From Ministeria vibrans ATCC 50519 (lineage: Eukaryota > Protista > Filasterea), in NCBI GenBank assembly GCA_943704425.1, contig CALSCP010000774.1:62001-126000 (forward strand): a DNA stretch of 64,000 nt, read 5' to 3'. The notes beneath the pieces were generated by a model that saw only the letters and a list, made by a program, of their open reading frames with translations, had not been told where the DNA came from and made no database searches. Shown here in pieces: positions 29,834-44,171 of this stretch (the stretch's first letter is position 1; every line of letters starts with the position of its first letter). Made by a program: the position numbers and the translations under genes.

Positions 29834-30321
29834 AAAAGAAACAATTCGAATATAATTATAAAGTTCAATGCCGGAGGACCCTTGAAAGGGAACGGGAGAA
29901 CTGGCCATGGCCCATGGGTGCCAATGTTTACGAGACACTGGTGTCGCTCTGAGTGGTGTGCCTCGGAGATGGCAGCGGTAAGAGTGATCCTCACCGCGGT
30001 GGCAGTACGTCCTGGCGCGTCTCCCCGTCTGTGTTGCAGGGGTGTTTGGGTCGAAGGTACCGGTGACGACGCATGAGGAGCGGAAACGGTACAGCTTGCG
30101 TAGGCGCATTGCCGGGCGGAAGAGGGTGAAGACAATGGAGTAGGTTCTGAGCGTCCGGGGGCGGTATTCTCTCTCTCACACACTTACTCACGTCTCACTC
30201 ACTCTCACTTACTCACTCACTCACTTTCTCGTTACTCAGTATCCGCACTGGCGCACTCACTCGTCTCACTCACTCACTAGTCACTGACACTGATCACTCT
30301 TACAGTTTTTTTTTGATTGCG

Positions 30322-32174
30322 ATGGTGACTCTCAAGCTACCGTGTCCATCGCGGCGGAAATGCGCGAAAATGCGCAACTCGGCACTGTCCATAGTGGCTC
30401 TGAGCCTGCTGTTTGTCCTCTTCATCGTTTTCAACGACTACAACCAGATTGGCATGGTCGTGTAAAATTAGAAAATGCTCTTTGCTCTTTGCTCTCTGTT
30501 TGNNNNNCCATAGTGGCTCTGAGCCTGCTGTTTGTCCTCTTCATCGTTTTCAACGACTACAACCAGATTGGCATGGTCGTGTAAAATTAGAAAATGCTCT
30601 TTGCTCTTTGCTCTCTGTTTGCGCCGCGATCTCACCCTCATTCACGCCCAGGTCCATGAACGAGGAGTATACGCTGCGAAAGCGGCGCGATCACCTGGAC
30701 GGATACGTCAAGGACGCCGTCTACAATGTGGAGAGCGGCCGCGAAATCCACATTGTCGTTGCCGTTGACAAGGGCTCCACCGACGGCCTGCCGGTCCTCA
30801 TCAACTCCACCGTCGAGAACACCAAGGTCCCTGTGCGCTTCCACGTCTTCACCGAGGGCGATGTTCGCATGCCAGAAGCCGTTTTGCGCTGCACCGGTAC
30901 CCAATTCTTTTCGCGTCTCTTTTTTTTTTTTTGATGGCCTTCTCTGATCGCACAACGACTCGTAGGCGTCATCCCATCCGCTGCGTTCATTGGAAGTGCC
31001 GACCAACACATTAACTCGGTTCGCCGGCGTGCTGCCGTTGAATTTCACCATTTCGACGGTTCGGCGATCAAAACGTAAGAAGGACAGCGGACCCTTGCCG
31101 AAAATACCCAACTCTAAATATCCCTCTAGTGTCTTCGTACCCGTCCGCCCCGAACTTGCCAAAGCCGGCAACTACCTGCGATTCCACATCCACAAGCTGC
31201 TCCCTGCGTCGATCGACGACATCATCTACCTTGATTCCGACACGCTGGTCGTGCGCGACCTGCGTGAGTTTCTGGCAGCCACTGTCATGGCACCAGGCCA
31301 AGTGCTGTCGGCAGTGCGGATGGACCTGTCCCTGGAAAACTCCGCACTACGTACGGACCGTGTCGCATCTATTCTAAAAGAGCGACGAAATATCGTAAGC
31401 GTCGACAGACAAAACACATGCAAAGAGAGTTAGAGAGAGAGAATAAGAACCAAAGTGATAGAAAGAGAAAGATCGAGTCTCGCACTGGGAGCTAACACAT
31501 GTGGGATAGGACTTTGATAACTCAAAGAGAGGATTTAATGCGGGAGTGCTTCGGATGAACCTGAAGGAGTGGCGTGCACAACATCTGGACAAGGAAGCTG
31601 ACTATTGGATCGACACACAAAACCTTCAGGGGGGAGAGTATTTGTGGTCACATTTTGGATCGCAAATAGTGATGCAGGTGAGAGGCACACGCGTACTCTA
31701 TTTTTTTCTGTGTATGTGTGCTCATTTTCTTTCTGCTTAGCTGGTGGTGTATGGCCGTGCGCGTATTCTCACTGATTACGTATGGAATATGTATCCGGGC
31801 GAGCTCCGTCGCGAAACGTGGTATATTGAACACGACCCGCGTGTCATCTCACCCACCATTGGCATTCTGCACGGTACGCCCTAGTCAAAACCCACACTGT
31901 GTCTGATACTGTCTACACACTGTCCTCCTCACGCTGCATTTTACACTCACTCCCACTCACCACCTGGTCTCTTCCAGTGACGGGCTGGGCCAAACCCTGG
32001 AACCGCGCCAACTGGGACTTGGCCGTACGCTACCGTCTGACATCCAACTGGAAGTGGTCTATGCTTATCTTCAACATGTATTTCAACCACCATTTACCTT
32101 CCCCGGACGCTATCCGCCGTTGTCTCCCCCTCTCGCGCAAATCTCCGACCGAGTGGCGCACTTACCTTAACTAG
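30322..32174 (+). CDS. Glycosyltransferase family 8 (GLT8D-like), type II membrane protein
   Basis: N-terminal TM, IHIVVA, NYLRF, IIYLDSD (DxD), FNAGV, ILH|VTGWAKPW. Confidence 0.88.
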
Positions 32175-32419
32175 ACGTCAATGACGTCGTGTATTATTTT
32201 GTATACGAAATTGAGCTGGACAGTGTAGAATATCACTTTTGTCTCTCTGATCTCTCTAATTTTTAAAAAAATAGAAGAACTGAAGAAGAAGAATACCACA
32301 TTAAACATATATTTTTATCATTAATTATTAATGAGACAGTCACCACGCGAAGACACAGCCAGACCAGACCTCCTTGCAAACTAAATTGATCAATCTCTAA
32401 AGTCTAACTATTTCTTTTG

Positions 32420-33605
32420 ATGCGCCTTCCACTGGCGAGCGCCCCACTGCTGATCTTGGCGCTCCAGCGCGACCTTGCTTTTCGGTAGTACCTAACCGTC
32501 GGTCTCCTTCCCTCATATTTGACTTCCTTCTTTTGTTTTTGCCCTTCCTTTGTGCGTAGTCGCTCCATTGTTGCCGACTGCAAGCAGCTCCTGCTGGGAC
32601 TCTATGGTCAACGCGCAACGCTGCGACTCGCGCGAGAGACCAAAATGCTGGTTGACCTTGCCTACTACCTCATCACCACGCTGCAGGGTCGCCCGACGCT
32701 CGGCGAAGAGTACGCGGGACTCGTCCAGTGCGACTTGTCCACCTTTGATGCTCCTTCCTTCCCCCAACGCCTCGTTCTCATTCTCACCCACGTTCTCTCA
32801 CCCTATCTACTTGGTTCGGTCATTCTTGCGTACACCGTTGACTCCTTTATTCACTCATTTCCCATTCCCCACATCTACTTAGATCGTCTCTTTGCAATGG
32901 CAACCGAAAACAACAACTCACTTCTTGCTCGCGTCGCTCCCACCGCACGAGCGGTCATACCTTACGTCCACCGTGCGCATCTTGCTCTCTTTTACCTGCG
33001 CGGCGCCTTCCTCCACCTTAGTCATCGCACCGCCAATGTCCGATACATCTCCCGTCAACACGTACAACATCAAAAACTCTCGCCATTGCACACAATCATG
33101 TTGATATTTTTGTTGCTGTTAAGGGTACCCTCTCAGACCCCATATCTGCGGGCTATCGTTTGCTTGGTGTGCTTGCTGCTCTGGAAGTCATCGTGCGCTT
33201 CGCAATTGCCGCCCGTCGGTGGTGGAGCCAGCGACAGCGTCTTTTGCAGCGCCCACTGACAACTTCCGCTGTCGACTTGGAACCAGACAGCCCCATGTAA
33301 GTCCGATCCGCGCTTGTTTCCTCTGTTCTTATTTTTCCCCTTTTGGTCTACTGCATCGTTGTAGACCCGGCGAAGCGTGCAGCTTGTGTCTGGGGACCCG
33401 CACTGCCTCAACGGCCACGCCGTGTGGCCACCTCTTTTGCTGGAACTGTATCATAGTGTGGACTCAAGAAAAGGTATGCCTCATTTCGATGTATTCCATT
33501 TGCTCTCAAACTTGAGTGATCTTTTTTGCGCACTCCCAGCCCCTCTGCCCGATGTGTCGACAGCCCGCAGCACCCCAGCAGTGTTGCCGCCTCTTCAACA
33601 TCTGA
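32420..33605 (+). CDS. PEX10: Peroxin 10 (peroxisomal RING E3)
   Basis: LALQRD N-terminus, [36 protein letters not shown]...[13 protein letters not shown]...|CPMCR. Confidence 0.92.
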
Positions 33606-34028
33606 TCTCCCGATGTTTGGGCATACGCTTTGTTTGACCTCCGCTCACCATATACGTTGGCGATAAATAGGTTGTGCCTAATCCCACCGGACGCTTGGGG
33701 TTTGAGTGTCCTTTACGCGCGAGACGTGAGACGTTGTATGTAGAAACGATAAAACCACAATAATTATACTTTCTTTGGCTTCTTCTTCTTGGAGTTCATA
33801 CACGAGAACTACGAGATACCGGACTATCCCTCACTCATGGGGGTTTCGTGTACTGACTTGTAACGCTAAACTCTAACTGTAAACTGACATGTCGACAACT
33901 GTAGTCGTAAGACTTTTAACTGTAAAGACGTGTAATGTAAATATTATACGTATATACGATTGTAATAAATTTATTAAATTATAAAAATTAATCATTTTTT
34001 TTTACTCTCTCACTCTCTCTGACTCTTC

Positions 34029-34108
34029 ATGTGGTCCGGTCGGCCCCAGAGCCAGCCGACCACCAAGGACAGCGATGACACAAAAAAAGACAGCAAGGTG
34101 AACTACTT

Positions 34109-34183
<75 letters not shown>

Positions 34184-34832
34184 ACTCTCTCTCTCTCCCT
34201 CTCTCTCCTCTTTCTCCTCCTCTCACTTCTATCTCGGTGAATTCTTTGCTCTTGTCGCCATCCCCTTTCCCCTCCCGTCAAGCTCAAACGCATATTATTC
34301 TGTGCCCAAAAACACACAAAAAACGTTTTTTTTTTGAATTTGAACCAAACGACAAACGCCAAAAAAAAAAAATATGAAGGAAAGACTGAAACTCATTCAC
34401 TGTCGCCGTTGTAGTCGCTGACACGCGCCAGAAAGTTCCTTGCCGACGGCGACGAGCCTCTAAAACGTCTTCGGGCACTGAGAGAGTACTGTGATACAGC
34501 GACAGACGCAGCACAAGCCGAAGTCTTCACCAAAAATTTTAACAAAATTTACGAAGTTGTCTTTGACTCCTTCTGCCACCTCGAAGCGAACATTCGCAAC
34601 CGCCAGCTCAAGTCTCAGCCTACCGACACAAAACGTGCAGACGTTGATATGGTCATCTTTGTCCTGAGACGCCTCCTGCATCTCCTTCCTGATCTCATTC
34701 ACAAGGGCTGGCTCAGAACAAGCATTCGTATGTGCCTCTTTGCCAAGCTGCGCTCCTACTCACCCTCACCCTGTCCTCCTCTCTTTTGTTCAATATTCAC
34801 ACACACACACATACGCACACGCACACACACAC

Positions 34833-34894
<62 letters not shown>

Positions 34895-36347
34895 GCACGC
34901 CTCACTCACACCTCTAGCGATTCTTATCGAGAAGCTCCTTGCTCATGCCAACACGCAGTCACTCCGTTGCGATGCCTTCATTCTCCTCCTTGAGTGGCTA
35001 GTTGCCCTCGGTGACCGCATCGGTCGTGAAGCTATTCGTCTCTTCCGCGGCGCCATCTGTCTCATCAACCTGATGCCTTCCTCGACACAGATAGTCATTC
35101 AGCAGAAGCCCATTATCCGTAAGACGATTTACTCGCCGCCTTGCATATGTGTCATTTGTAATTATTTTGAGATATGATCACTTTGTACTTCGTTGCTATT
35201 CAAGATTGTTGTGATGTAGCTACATCACTCTGATATTATAATAATAATCGTTTTGAATTGTATTTATTTCTTCTTCTTTTAGCGAGCAATGGAATTATTC
35301 TGTTTCCTTCAGAAGAGCGCACCTTTGAAACAGTGCAGGCACACGCGGTGGAGATGGTCGGCATTCTGTTTGAGTTTATGCTGTCATCGGTGCAGCAGCT
35401 GCGGCCTCCATTGTCGTCGAACACCCCCGCGTCGCCCATCTCGCAACGGCGCATGGCCGATGTCGTCAACATCAATGGCATTTCCGTCAACGTGCGCGTC
35501 TTCAAGACTCTCTGGGTTCTCTTCAAGGAGCACTATCTGAGTGTCTTCTTCCCCGATCTCTTTGAGCAGCTCCAAATTGCGACCGAGCTCGATCGTGGTG
35601 GCTTCACTCGTCACTCTGTCTTCCCCCTACTGCAGCAGCTTCTCGTCGACCGCTTTGTCGCCTGGCACACCGACATCTCACCCAACGCCGCTGCCATTCG
35701 TGTTGTCCTTCACTCCTGTCGTGAAGACAGCGAAATTGTTCTCGAGGTAACCTCCTGTTCATCTTTTTCTGTCGCACTACCTCATTAATTGTAATTCACC
35801 CTTTCTCTCTACTTTTCTCTCTTTCTCGCTATAGAATTTTCGTCAAGCCTTCCTTGTGCCCGTGTCCTGCAGCAGCACCATGAGCTGTACCATTGAAGTC
35901 TACAAGCTCTGGCTCCGTGCCAAACACGACGAAATGCCTCTCTTTATGCGCGAGCCTGCCCAGGTCAGTCTCAGGCGATTGTCTTTTGTCTGTCTCACAT
36001 ATTGTGTTTTGTACAGGGCCTTTCTAACCAGCGGGGTCTTCAAGAGACGATGCAGCGCATGATGAAGAACGTAGTCGTAGTGTTTTCGGCAGAGACGTCG
36101 CGTGTGCTGTTGGAACAGCACTTTGTTGTGTGTATGGAGGTCCTCTCGCTCTTTCAGCTCTTCAGTGTTGAGCAGAACAACGTCATTCTCTCGCCTGACA
36201 CCTGGGACCATCTGCTCAGCTCTCTCATCTCCATTTGTACCACTGCTCTTGTCAACCCGCCTTCTTCTCGACTGTCGCTCAGTGCCCGGCTTGCTCCTAC
36301 TGTGATTGAGGTAACCCCCCTTTAACAAACCGAGTGAACATTCTATT

Positions 36348-36397
<50 letters not shown>

Positions 36398-39300
36398 GTA
36401 TTATTATTACTATTATTATTATTATTACTATTATTAGTATTATTACTATTATTATTATTTTTGTTACATTACTCTTAATATCTCCTGTTCCCTTCTCTCT
36501 CCTTCTCTCTTTCTTCCTCTCCCTCTGACTGTTTCCTTGTTGTTAGGCCCTCCTTGTGACATGGGTGCGAGCACAACGCCGCTATTATGCCACAGCGAGC
36601 ATGTGGAACAACCTGCAGTCGTTTCTCTCGTCTTTGGCGTCCACTTGTCCAGAAGTAGTCGACCATTGGACCAGCATCATGGTGGAACTTTCGTTCATCC
36701 TATGTCGCTCCGTCTATGCTGTTGACCTCGATGCCCTGCCGCTCGATTCCCTTTCAAGCAAGTCTGTGCGGCAACGCTTTGCCGGTGGCGGCGGTGGCAG
36801 CGGCGCTAGCCCGGCACCTTCCGACTCGAATCGTGCGGCGTCTCTTGGCGCCCATGATGTTCGCAAGAACGTCGGGGGTTTGCCCAAGAACACGCAGTCT
36901 GTTGCCGAGTTGCTTCCCGTAAATAACTCTCGTTCGTCCGTCGTCGTTCCGCTTGGCGATTCACGACTACGCTTCCCACCATCGGGCCTTGAGGTGGACC
37001 TCTACCGACAGTTCTTCCAGGTGCGCCTACTAGACTGGAAACGTCGCGTTGCCATGTTTGTCTGGAAGAACATGCTCTGCGCACTCGGTAATATCAACGC
37101 CATCACCGAGCCCAAGTCGCACTTGGTCGCCATCCGTGGCCTCGAGCGCATCCACGGCTTTCTCTGTACCGTCCGTGTCAACCAGGGCATCTCCATCGAC
37201 AACATGTCCACCCCACCCCCTCCCGATCACTTTCCGCCCCTTTTTGCCTTTTCCACCTGGCTCTTTGAGGCTACGACCCTTCCCGACACCTTCAAAGAGT
37301 CTCGCGCCGTAGCTTACGGCCTACTTTGTCGCTCTATTGTGCGTCGTCATGACACTCCCGTTAAAACCGTACGTAACAAAGACAAAAAAGAAAGAAATGA
37401 AAAAGATTGATATAAAAATGTGATGACTCATTTTTTCTCGGCGTCTTTTCTCTATCACTTTGTTTAAATCTCCCTTCTTTCTTTCTCTCCCTCTCTCTCT
37501 CTCTCCCTCTCTCTATCTTTTGTTTAGGAGTACCTCAACAACTTTTATCGCGTCGTCCATGCGGGCCTGAGCAGTGTGAACCGTGACGAGGAGATTGTGC
37601 GTCAGATTGTGCACAATGCCAACGACATGTTCCGTCACTGCTTTGCCGGTGCGAGTGTTCTCATGAACGACTGGCTTGACGCGGTGCGTTTCTTGCTGCA
37701 CACGAGCTCGCTCAAAGAGGTGCCCATTCGTCAGTTGGCCATCACGAGCCTTTGTTCGCTCGTCGCGTTTGCCACCGTGCACACCAATCAGGATGTGCCA
37801 CTGCTCACGACACTAGCCTCGGGCGAGATTAAGCTCGAGCGAGTGCCTTACGGTACCCTGCAGCGCAACATCATCGACGAGATGTGCACGGTTGCCACCG
37901 ATGAGTCATTTCGCGAGACACGCTGTCTCGGCATTTGCGGGGTGTGCGTTTCCGTCTACCACATTCTCGTCAACGGACTGCGTGCCAATATTGGCGCGCG
38001 AGACATCGAGAGTTACCTTGACGTGCTACTCGGCCTCATTCGTAACGACGAACAAACCACGGCCATGATGGCCGTGTCCATGATTGATCTACTGAGCGAA
38101 GAAAGTGTGCGCCTTGCCGCTATTGATCCGTTGCTCGTCGAAAAGGTCGTCGAAAAGGTCACGTCGATGGTTCTGCAGTGTCTCAATCAAGCGCAAAAGA
38201 AGGAGACGATGGTGACACAGCTGCTTTTCTGTCTCATGGACTGGCTCATGGTCGACGGCTCGGAAGTCTTGCACAACCGCGAGCTGGGTCTGGTTGTCTT
38301 CAACGTGCTCTTCTACGCCAGCGAAGGCTACATTCCCCTCGATGACATCACTGAGGCGGCACTCGACAACATCGGCATGGTCTGCGACGAGACTGTCTCG
38401 CTCCAGCAGCAGCAACTGCAACTCTCGCCAAGCCTGTCGCAGACCAACAACGTCGTGCCATCGACACCGCAACAACAGGCGCACGACGTCGCCCCATCGC
38501 TCGCACCCTCTACCTCCGCGACGTCAGGCGCCACACCGTCAGCACCATCAAATGTTGGCACACCTCATTTTCACTCAACGCACTCCCACCTCGTCTCGTC
38601 ACCCAATGCAACATCATCACCGGGCGTCCTGCGAGGCGCCACCAATGTGGTGCGTATGTTTGAGCCAGCCGTGCTCTCGAGCAAGCTCGCCGATCTCTTT
38701 GCGTCTGCCGAGTCAACCGTGCGCGGCGCTTTCAAGCGTAATCACAAGAGTCACCACGGCGCCGGGGGGGCGACCCGTCGCTCCGAGCACACCATTCGTA
38801 CGACATCCCACGACGCCGAGCCCACCGTGGTCGCTGCACGCACCGTCCTCAACCATTTACTTCACCATCATCATTGCTTTCCGGGTGTCGCAGGCGTTGC
38901 GCGCATTTCCTCGCACGTGTCCGAATTCAACGATTTGCCCTCACAGCAACTTCCACCCGATCAGCGCGACCAGCGCTTGCCACAAGAGGGTGACGATGCG
39001 AGTGTCGCAGGCGATGATTCCTTTGTACCCCTCGACGATCTTCTCCCGTCACTCTTTGAGTCACCCAACGTCGAGTTTTTTGTCGTGGGCACTACCACAA
39101 TTTTGTCCATGGTCGAAGTCCCGTCGCCGTCGGGTGAGGGTACATGTGCGCGCATCATTGTGCGCGATCTCACGGGGAAGTATGCCTGGGACTCTAGCAT
39201 CGTCTTTGACGAGGCTACTTTCGACAGTGGACACGACCAGCCCGATTTTGTTGGGGTTCTTGATCGACTTGTGGTAGGCGACGAGATAGACGCGGTGATT

Positions 39301-39873
39301 GCGAGCGAGGCGGCCTCCGACCCGACCGAGCGCACCGATGGTGTCAACGCCGTTGGTGGCGCATCCACTAGTAGCGTTGAGAAGGTCGAAAGTCGGGCGC
39401 AGAGCCAGAGTGATCTGGTGGAGACTACTAGCAGCGGGGCGTCCCCAACCAAGCGACGTCAGTCCATTGAATACGTGTACGCGGCGGCGCTCGGCGACGG
39501 AGGAAGTGGCGCAATCACGGTGGACCACGTGTTTCAGTTGGAGCCGACGGAGCAGCAGCTGAAAATGACCAAAGTGAGCCCGTTGGATGTGCCATTGTGG
39601 CGCGAGGGTGCCTACGAGGAAGGCACAGATTGCGTGTCGCAAGCACTCGCGTACATTGGTGGCTCGGCCGACGAGTGTCTCTTCTTTGACAATGTCCCAA
39701 TCAACGTGCCTCTACCCGCTCCCGCCGGCACCGAGCTTGCCGAGGCCAATGTTGCAGCTGCTTTGATTGACCAGTCTAAGTGTGAAGACCTCTACCACCA
39801 GCAGTGTCTGGAGAGCCCCACGTATGATACATTGAGTGGAACCTATCAGTATTGATTCCTTTTTTGTTTGTCG

Positions 39874-39904
<31 letters not shown>

Positions 39905-40992
39905 GTATGTGTAGACTGAGTATGATCACTTTGCCTGCGCGACCCAAGAACATACCTGATCCGAGTAAGGAAGTACTTTTATATTGCTTTTGTGTATTGT
40001 CGTGCACTACAAAATGTCATTTCTCTCCCCCTCACACTTTCCTTCTTTCTCTCTCTTTTTGTTCTTGTTTGTAGTCTCGTCGTTCCACAAGTGCCGCTTG
40101 ATGCTGTCACACCTGGGATTGCTGTCGTGGGAGAACCGCAAACACGTGCACATGTTGGAGAAAAGCGAGCAGATGCTGCGCCTTTTGAAGCAACTGGACA
40201 AGAAAGCAGGCGTGCGCGACTACCACAAGATTGGAGTGCTGTATGTCGCGCCGGGCCAGGAGGATGAGCACTCCATCTTGTCCAATGAGGGTGGCTCACG
40301 TGCCTACGAGAACTTCCTAGCGGGTCTGGGCTGGGAGGTGGAGCTGCGATCGCACGCAGGCTTTGACGGTCAGCTCATCGATGGCAAGAATGGTACGTTA
40401 ACCGAAACCTTCGATGGTCTTGGATTTTCTAACAGAGCTCTCGCATAGGTCACACAACGCCATACTATGCAACTTCGACTATGGAGGTGATTTACCACGT
40501 GGCGACGCGCATGCCCTCGGGACCCGACAACAAGGCTGCTGTTCTTAACAAGGTATATTGTATTGCGCATGCTAGGAACCTCCTTTTTGTTCAACTTGTG
40601 TCTTGATTAGAAAAAACACATTGGCAACGACCGAGTGCAAGTGGTGTGGACGGAGCACACACGGGACTACCGTCCAGACATTATTCGCTCACGCTTCAAC
40701 GACGCCATCATTGTCATTTCGCCCATGTCCAATGGTCTCTTCCACATTGCCATCACCCGCAAACCAGAGGTGAGCCACTGTCGTTTTTTTTTTTTTTTTN
40801 NNNNNNNNNNNNNNNNNNNNNNNNNNNNNNNNNNNNNNNNNNNNNNNNNNNNNNNNNNNNNNNNNNNNNNNNNNNNNNNNNNNNNNNNNNNNNNNNNNNN
40901 NNNNNNNNNNNNNNNNNNNNNNNNNNNNNNNNNNNNNNNNNNNNNNNNNNNNNNNNNNNNNNNNNNNNNNNNNNNNNNNNNNNNNNNNNNNN

Positions 40993-41071
<79 letters not shown>

Positions 41072-41667
41072 TTGACTCACGAGTTCCTATTTCTTTATTT
41101 CCCACCTTTTCCCTTTGCAACAATTTATAGGTACCTATGTTTGGACCTCTCTTTGACGGAGCCATCGTGGATGGACACTCGTTAGCGCCGCTTGTACGTG
41201 CGACTGCGGTGAATGCGAACCGTGCGGTATTGGGCACCGTTGACGGCTGGAAGCGGTACTTTGCACAGCGTCACGGGTACATGGAGGATGTGATCAATCG
41301 ACACTCGCTGCCGTCTGCCATGGAGGACTTCCTTCTGCTGGTCGTCAAGCCTGCTGATCCACCGGGTGTCCAGCGGTACATGTCCACTGTCGCTTCGCCA
41401 GCTCCTCCCACTCCCGCGCGTGCTCCAGTCATCAACACATCACATTCTTCCAAGCAGCCCACCAACAAACGACGCCCACGCTCTCGCGCACCCAAGTCGT
41501 GCAGCTTCATAGAGGAGGTCATTGCGGAGGAGGACGACCCCTTGGCCACCACTGCCGCTACTCGCTCAGATGCTTCTTCTCCGGCTACGACCGCCACCCC
41601 ACCATCACCACCCGATGAAGTCTCTCTGACGCCAGACTTTAGCGGACCACCAGAGAGCACCTGCTGA
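34029..41667 (+). CDS. RALGAPA1: Ral GTPase-activating protein alpha subunit
   Basis: N-terminal IYEVVFDSF...[27 protein letters not shown], Rap/RanGAP domain [15 protein letters not shown]...LGWEVEL...[19 protein letters not shown]...[10 protein letters not shown] with the Asn thumb (GND) intact. Symbol is nominal (A1/A2 co-ortholog). Confidence 0.93.
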
Positions 41668-41880
41668 GAGTTGACTGACACTTTTGTATAGTTTATTATA
41701 ATATTATTTTATTAATTTTATTAATTCAAGAACAGTCGTATTGTAATAGAGAATAGGAATATAAGTGAAGTGAAAAAAATTATACAATGAAGAGTAATAC
41801 AATGCTTCTCGAATCATTATTCTCTCTATATTTTGTTATTCTCTCTATATTTTGTTATTAAAATTAAGAATTAAATTATA

Positions 41881-42136
41881 GAGAATCAAAAGCTGTACTC
41901 AATGTCAAAACAAAACTATACACAAAGCAAAGAGCAGCACAATTCTATCAGAACGGAAACGAGTTTCTATTATCGAATAATCAATACTCCTCGTACTGAA
42001 TATTCAAAATAATGATTATTATATCTTTCGGGACATTCTCGTCTGGAAGTCTACGGACTACGGCGGAAGTATTGTGCTGCTCTTTGTTTTGTATATAGTT
42101 TTGTTTTGACATTGAGTACAGCTCTTGATTATTCTC
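41881..42136. mobile_element. Putative MITE (approx. 63-66 bp terminal inverted repeats, TA flanks)
   Basis: 41881-41943 (gagaatcaaaagctgtactcaatgtc...gagcagcacaat) is the near-perfect reverse complement of 42071-42136. TA dinucleotides flank both ends and there is no ORF. Confidence 0.65.
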
Positions 42137-42660
42137 TATTTATATTTATTTTTATTTTTTAATTTCATATTTTTGTCTATATCAATTTCCACAGCCTCTG
42201 TCGTATCGGCGTGCCTGTATTTGATAGCCTGTTACTCGTTTCGGCGATTTCGAGCCTGAAACCGATCTTGTCAATAGTCTGTAAGGAAAAAAAAAAATAG
42301 GACAAACCATTCGACATTCGTCTCTCTCTCGCGCTGTGTGCGGGCTCGTGCGTCGAATATGTAGGGGGCGTTGCCTTTGACCTTCCATTCCCTGCCTCGT
42401 CGCGTCCACAGTTTGTCGGGGAAGTCAATTGAATCGCTCGTTTTGAATATTGAAAACGATGAAAAAGAAATTGTTTGACGGACATTTGCCGTTTTCCTGT
42501 GGCTCTTTTGAAGCTGTCCTGCGTCGGACGGTGTTGTGTCGTATGTTATATTGCGTCTCTGCCGATTGGCGCATGCGAAAAGGGCTCGTTGCAAGTGCGA
42601 CTGTGACTGTTTCGTTGTAGGTTTGCGCATTTCACTCAATTGCTCCTTTCACCCTTACAG

Positions 42661-43116
42661 ATGTCATTACCCTCCCTGCTCGTTGGTATATCTGCTTTAT
42701 TAACGTCTGCAGTTCTTGGATACGTGATGGCGGATCCCGGTGTGGATTTAGCGCACGGCAACGGCCACAGTCAGCAAACACTGGGAGTCATCTTTCTTGC
42801 CGCAATGCTGACTGCCTTTACGACGGGCCTGGGTGCCATCCCCGCTGCCATGATGAACAAAGTGGCTTTGGACAACATCACTGGGCGCGAGAAGCGTCTA
42901 CGCGGCTTTTGCAACTCGGTTGCTGCCGGACTCATGATCGGCGCCAGCGTCGTCATGGCCATTGAAGGCTACCTGGAGTCCTCTGAGTCTCTGCGAGTTT
43001 TCGGCGGCGCCGTTGCTGGTTGGATATTACTGCAACTCTCTCGCTTTTATCTTGAAGAAAAAGGTACCATCAGAGAGAGAGAGAGAGAGAGAGAAAGGAG
43101 GGAGAAAGAAACAAAG

Positions 43117-43156
<40 letters not shown>

Positions 43157-43290
43157 GGGAGAAAGAAACANNNNNNNNNNGGCGGCGCCGTTGCTGGTTG
43201 GATATTACTGCAACTCTCTCGCTTTTATCTTGAAGAAAAAGGTACCATCAGAGAGAGAGAGAGAGAGAAAGGAGGGAGAAAGAAACAAAG

Positions 43291-43343
<53 letters not shown>

Positions 43344-43359
43344 GGAGAAAGAAACAAAG

Positions 43360-43399
<40 letters not shown>

Positions 43400-44156
43400 G
43401 GGAGAAAGAAACAAAGTGATAGGGAGAGAGACAGAGAAACAAAGTGATAGAGCGAGAGGGAAAAGCACCGGAGAGAAGCGAAGTGGAGAAAATAACAGAG
43501 TGGAGAAGGGGGATGGTGCGTGAGAGGGAGTAGAAAATGGAAAGAACACAGAGACCCTCACGCTTTGTCCGGTTTAGACGTGTCGATTGCACGGTTACAC
43601 GGATCAGATGCACGGCGAGCCCTTCTCATTTTAGGGGTCATGTTTGCGCACAGCTTTGCGGAAGGAGTGAGCATTGGTACGGTTGAAGGAAACACACACA
43701 TGATCTATATATCTGTATTTATATTTTTTATATCTGTATTTTTTTTCTCTCTCGTCCGCTTACGAAATTATGTCCCGTTTAGGCGTTTCGTTTGCTCACA
43801 GCGATCGACTTGCGAGCGTGATTACAATGGGCCTGGCACTGCACAACATTCCCGAGGGTCTTGCGATCAGTCTGGTGCTGGTGCGGCGTGGTGTGAGTCC
43901 CCTGCACTGTGCTCTCTGGTCCATTGCGTCGTCGCTGCCCCAGCCCATCATGGCTATTCCCGCCCTGCTCTCCGTCCAGCTCTTTTCTGAGATTCTCCCT
44001 TGGGGGCTGGGCTTTGCATGTGGCGCCATGCTGGCCGTGTCCCTCGACGAACTTATTCCTGAGGCGCGCACCGACCTGCGCACCCGCGACGTTTTCATCA
44101 TAACGACCCTTTGCATGCTCCTTGTGCTCGGTGCACATTTCTTTCTTTTTGCGTAG
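42661..44156 (+). CDS. ZIP-family metal transporter (ZupT/GufA/SLC39A11-like)
   Basis: LTAFTTGLGAIP, VAAGLMIGAS, HSFAEGVSIG|VSF, LALHNIPEGLAISL, SSLPQPIMA, GFACGAML, ELIPEA. Confidence 0.92.
43072..43455. repeat. (GA)n tracts interleaved with copies of GGAGGGAGAAAGAAACAAAGTGATAGAG (dispersed intronic repeat family)
   Basis: Several copies in the ZIP intron. The same motif, in either orientation, occurs in about a dozen other introns in the window. Confidence 0.88.
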
Positions 44157-44171
44157 CACGTCTCACCTTCT

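Noticed and set aside
30388-30622. Direct duplication of about 115 bp of the GT8 TM exon
   Set aside because: Identical copies flank a 5-N gap, typical of unmerged contig overlap.
42177-42639. Possible small minus-strand gene upstream of ZIP
   Set aside because: Intron-like signals are present but no recognisable product results; it may be ZIP 5' UTR.
43003-43260. Duplicated ZIP exon end (GGAVAGWILLQLSRFYLEEKG)
   Set aside because: The second copy begins immediately after a 10-N gap and is identical, so it is an assembly overlap.
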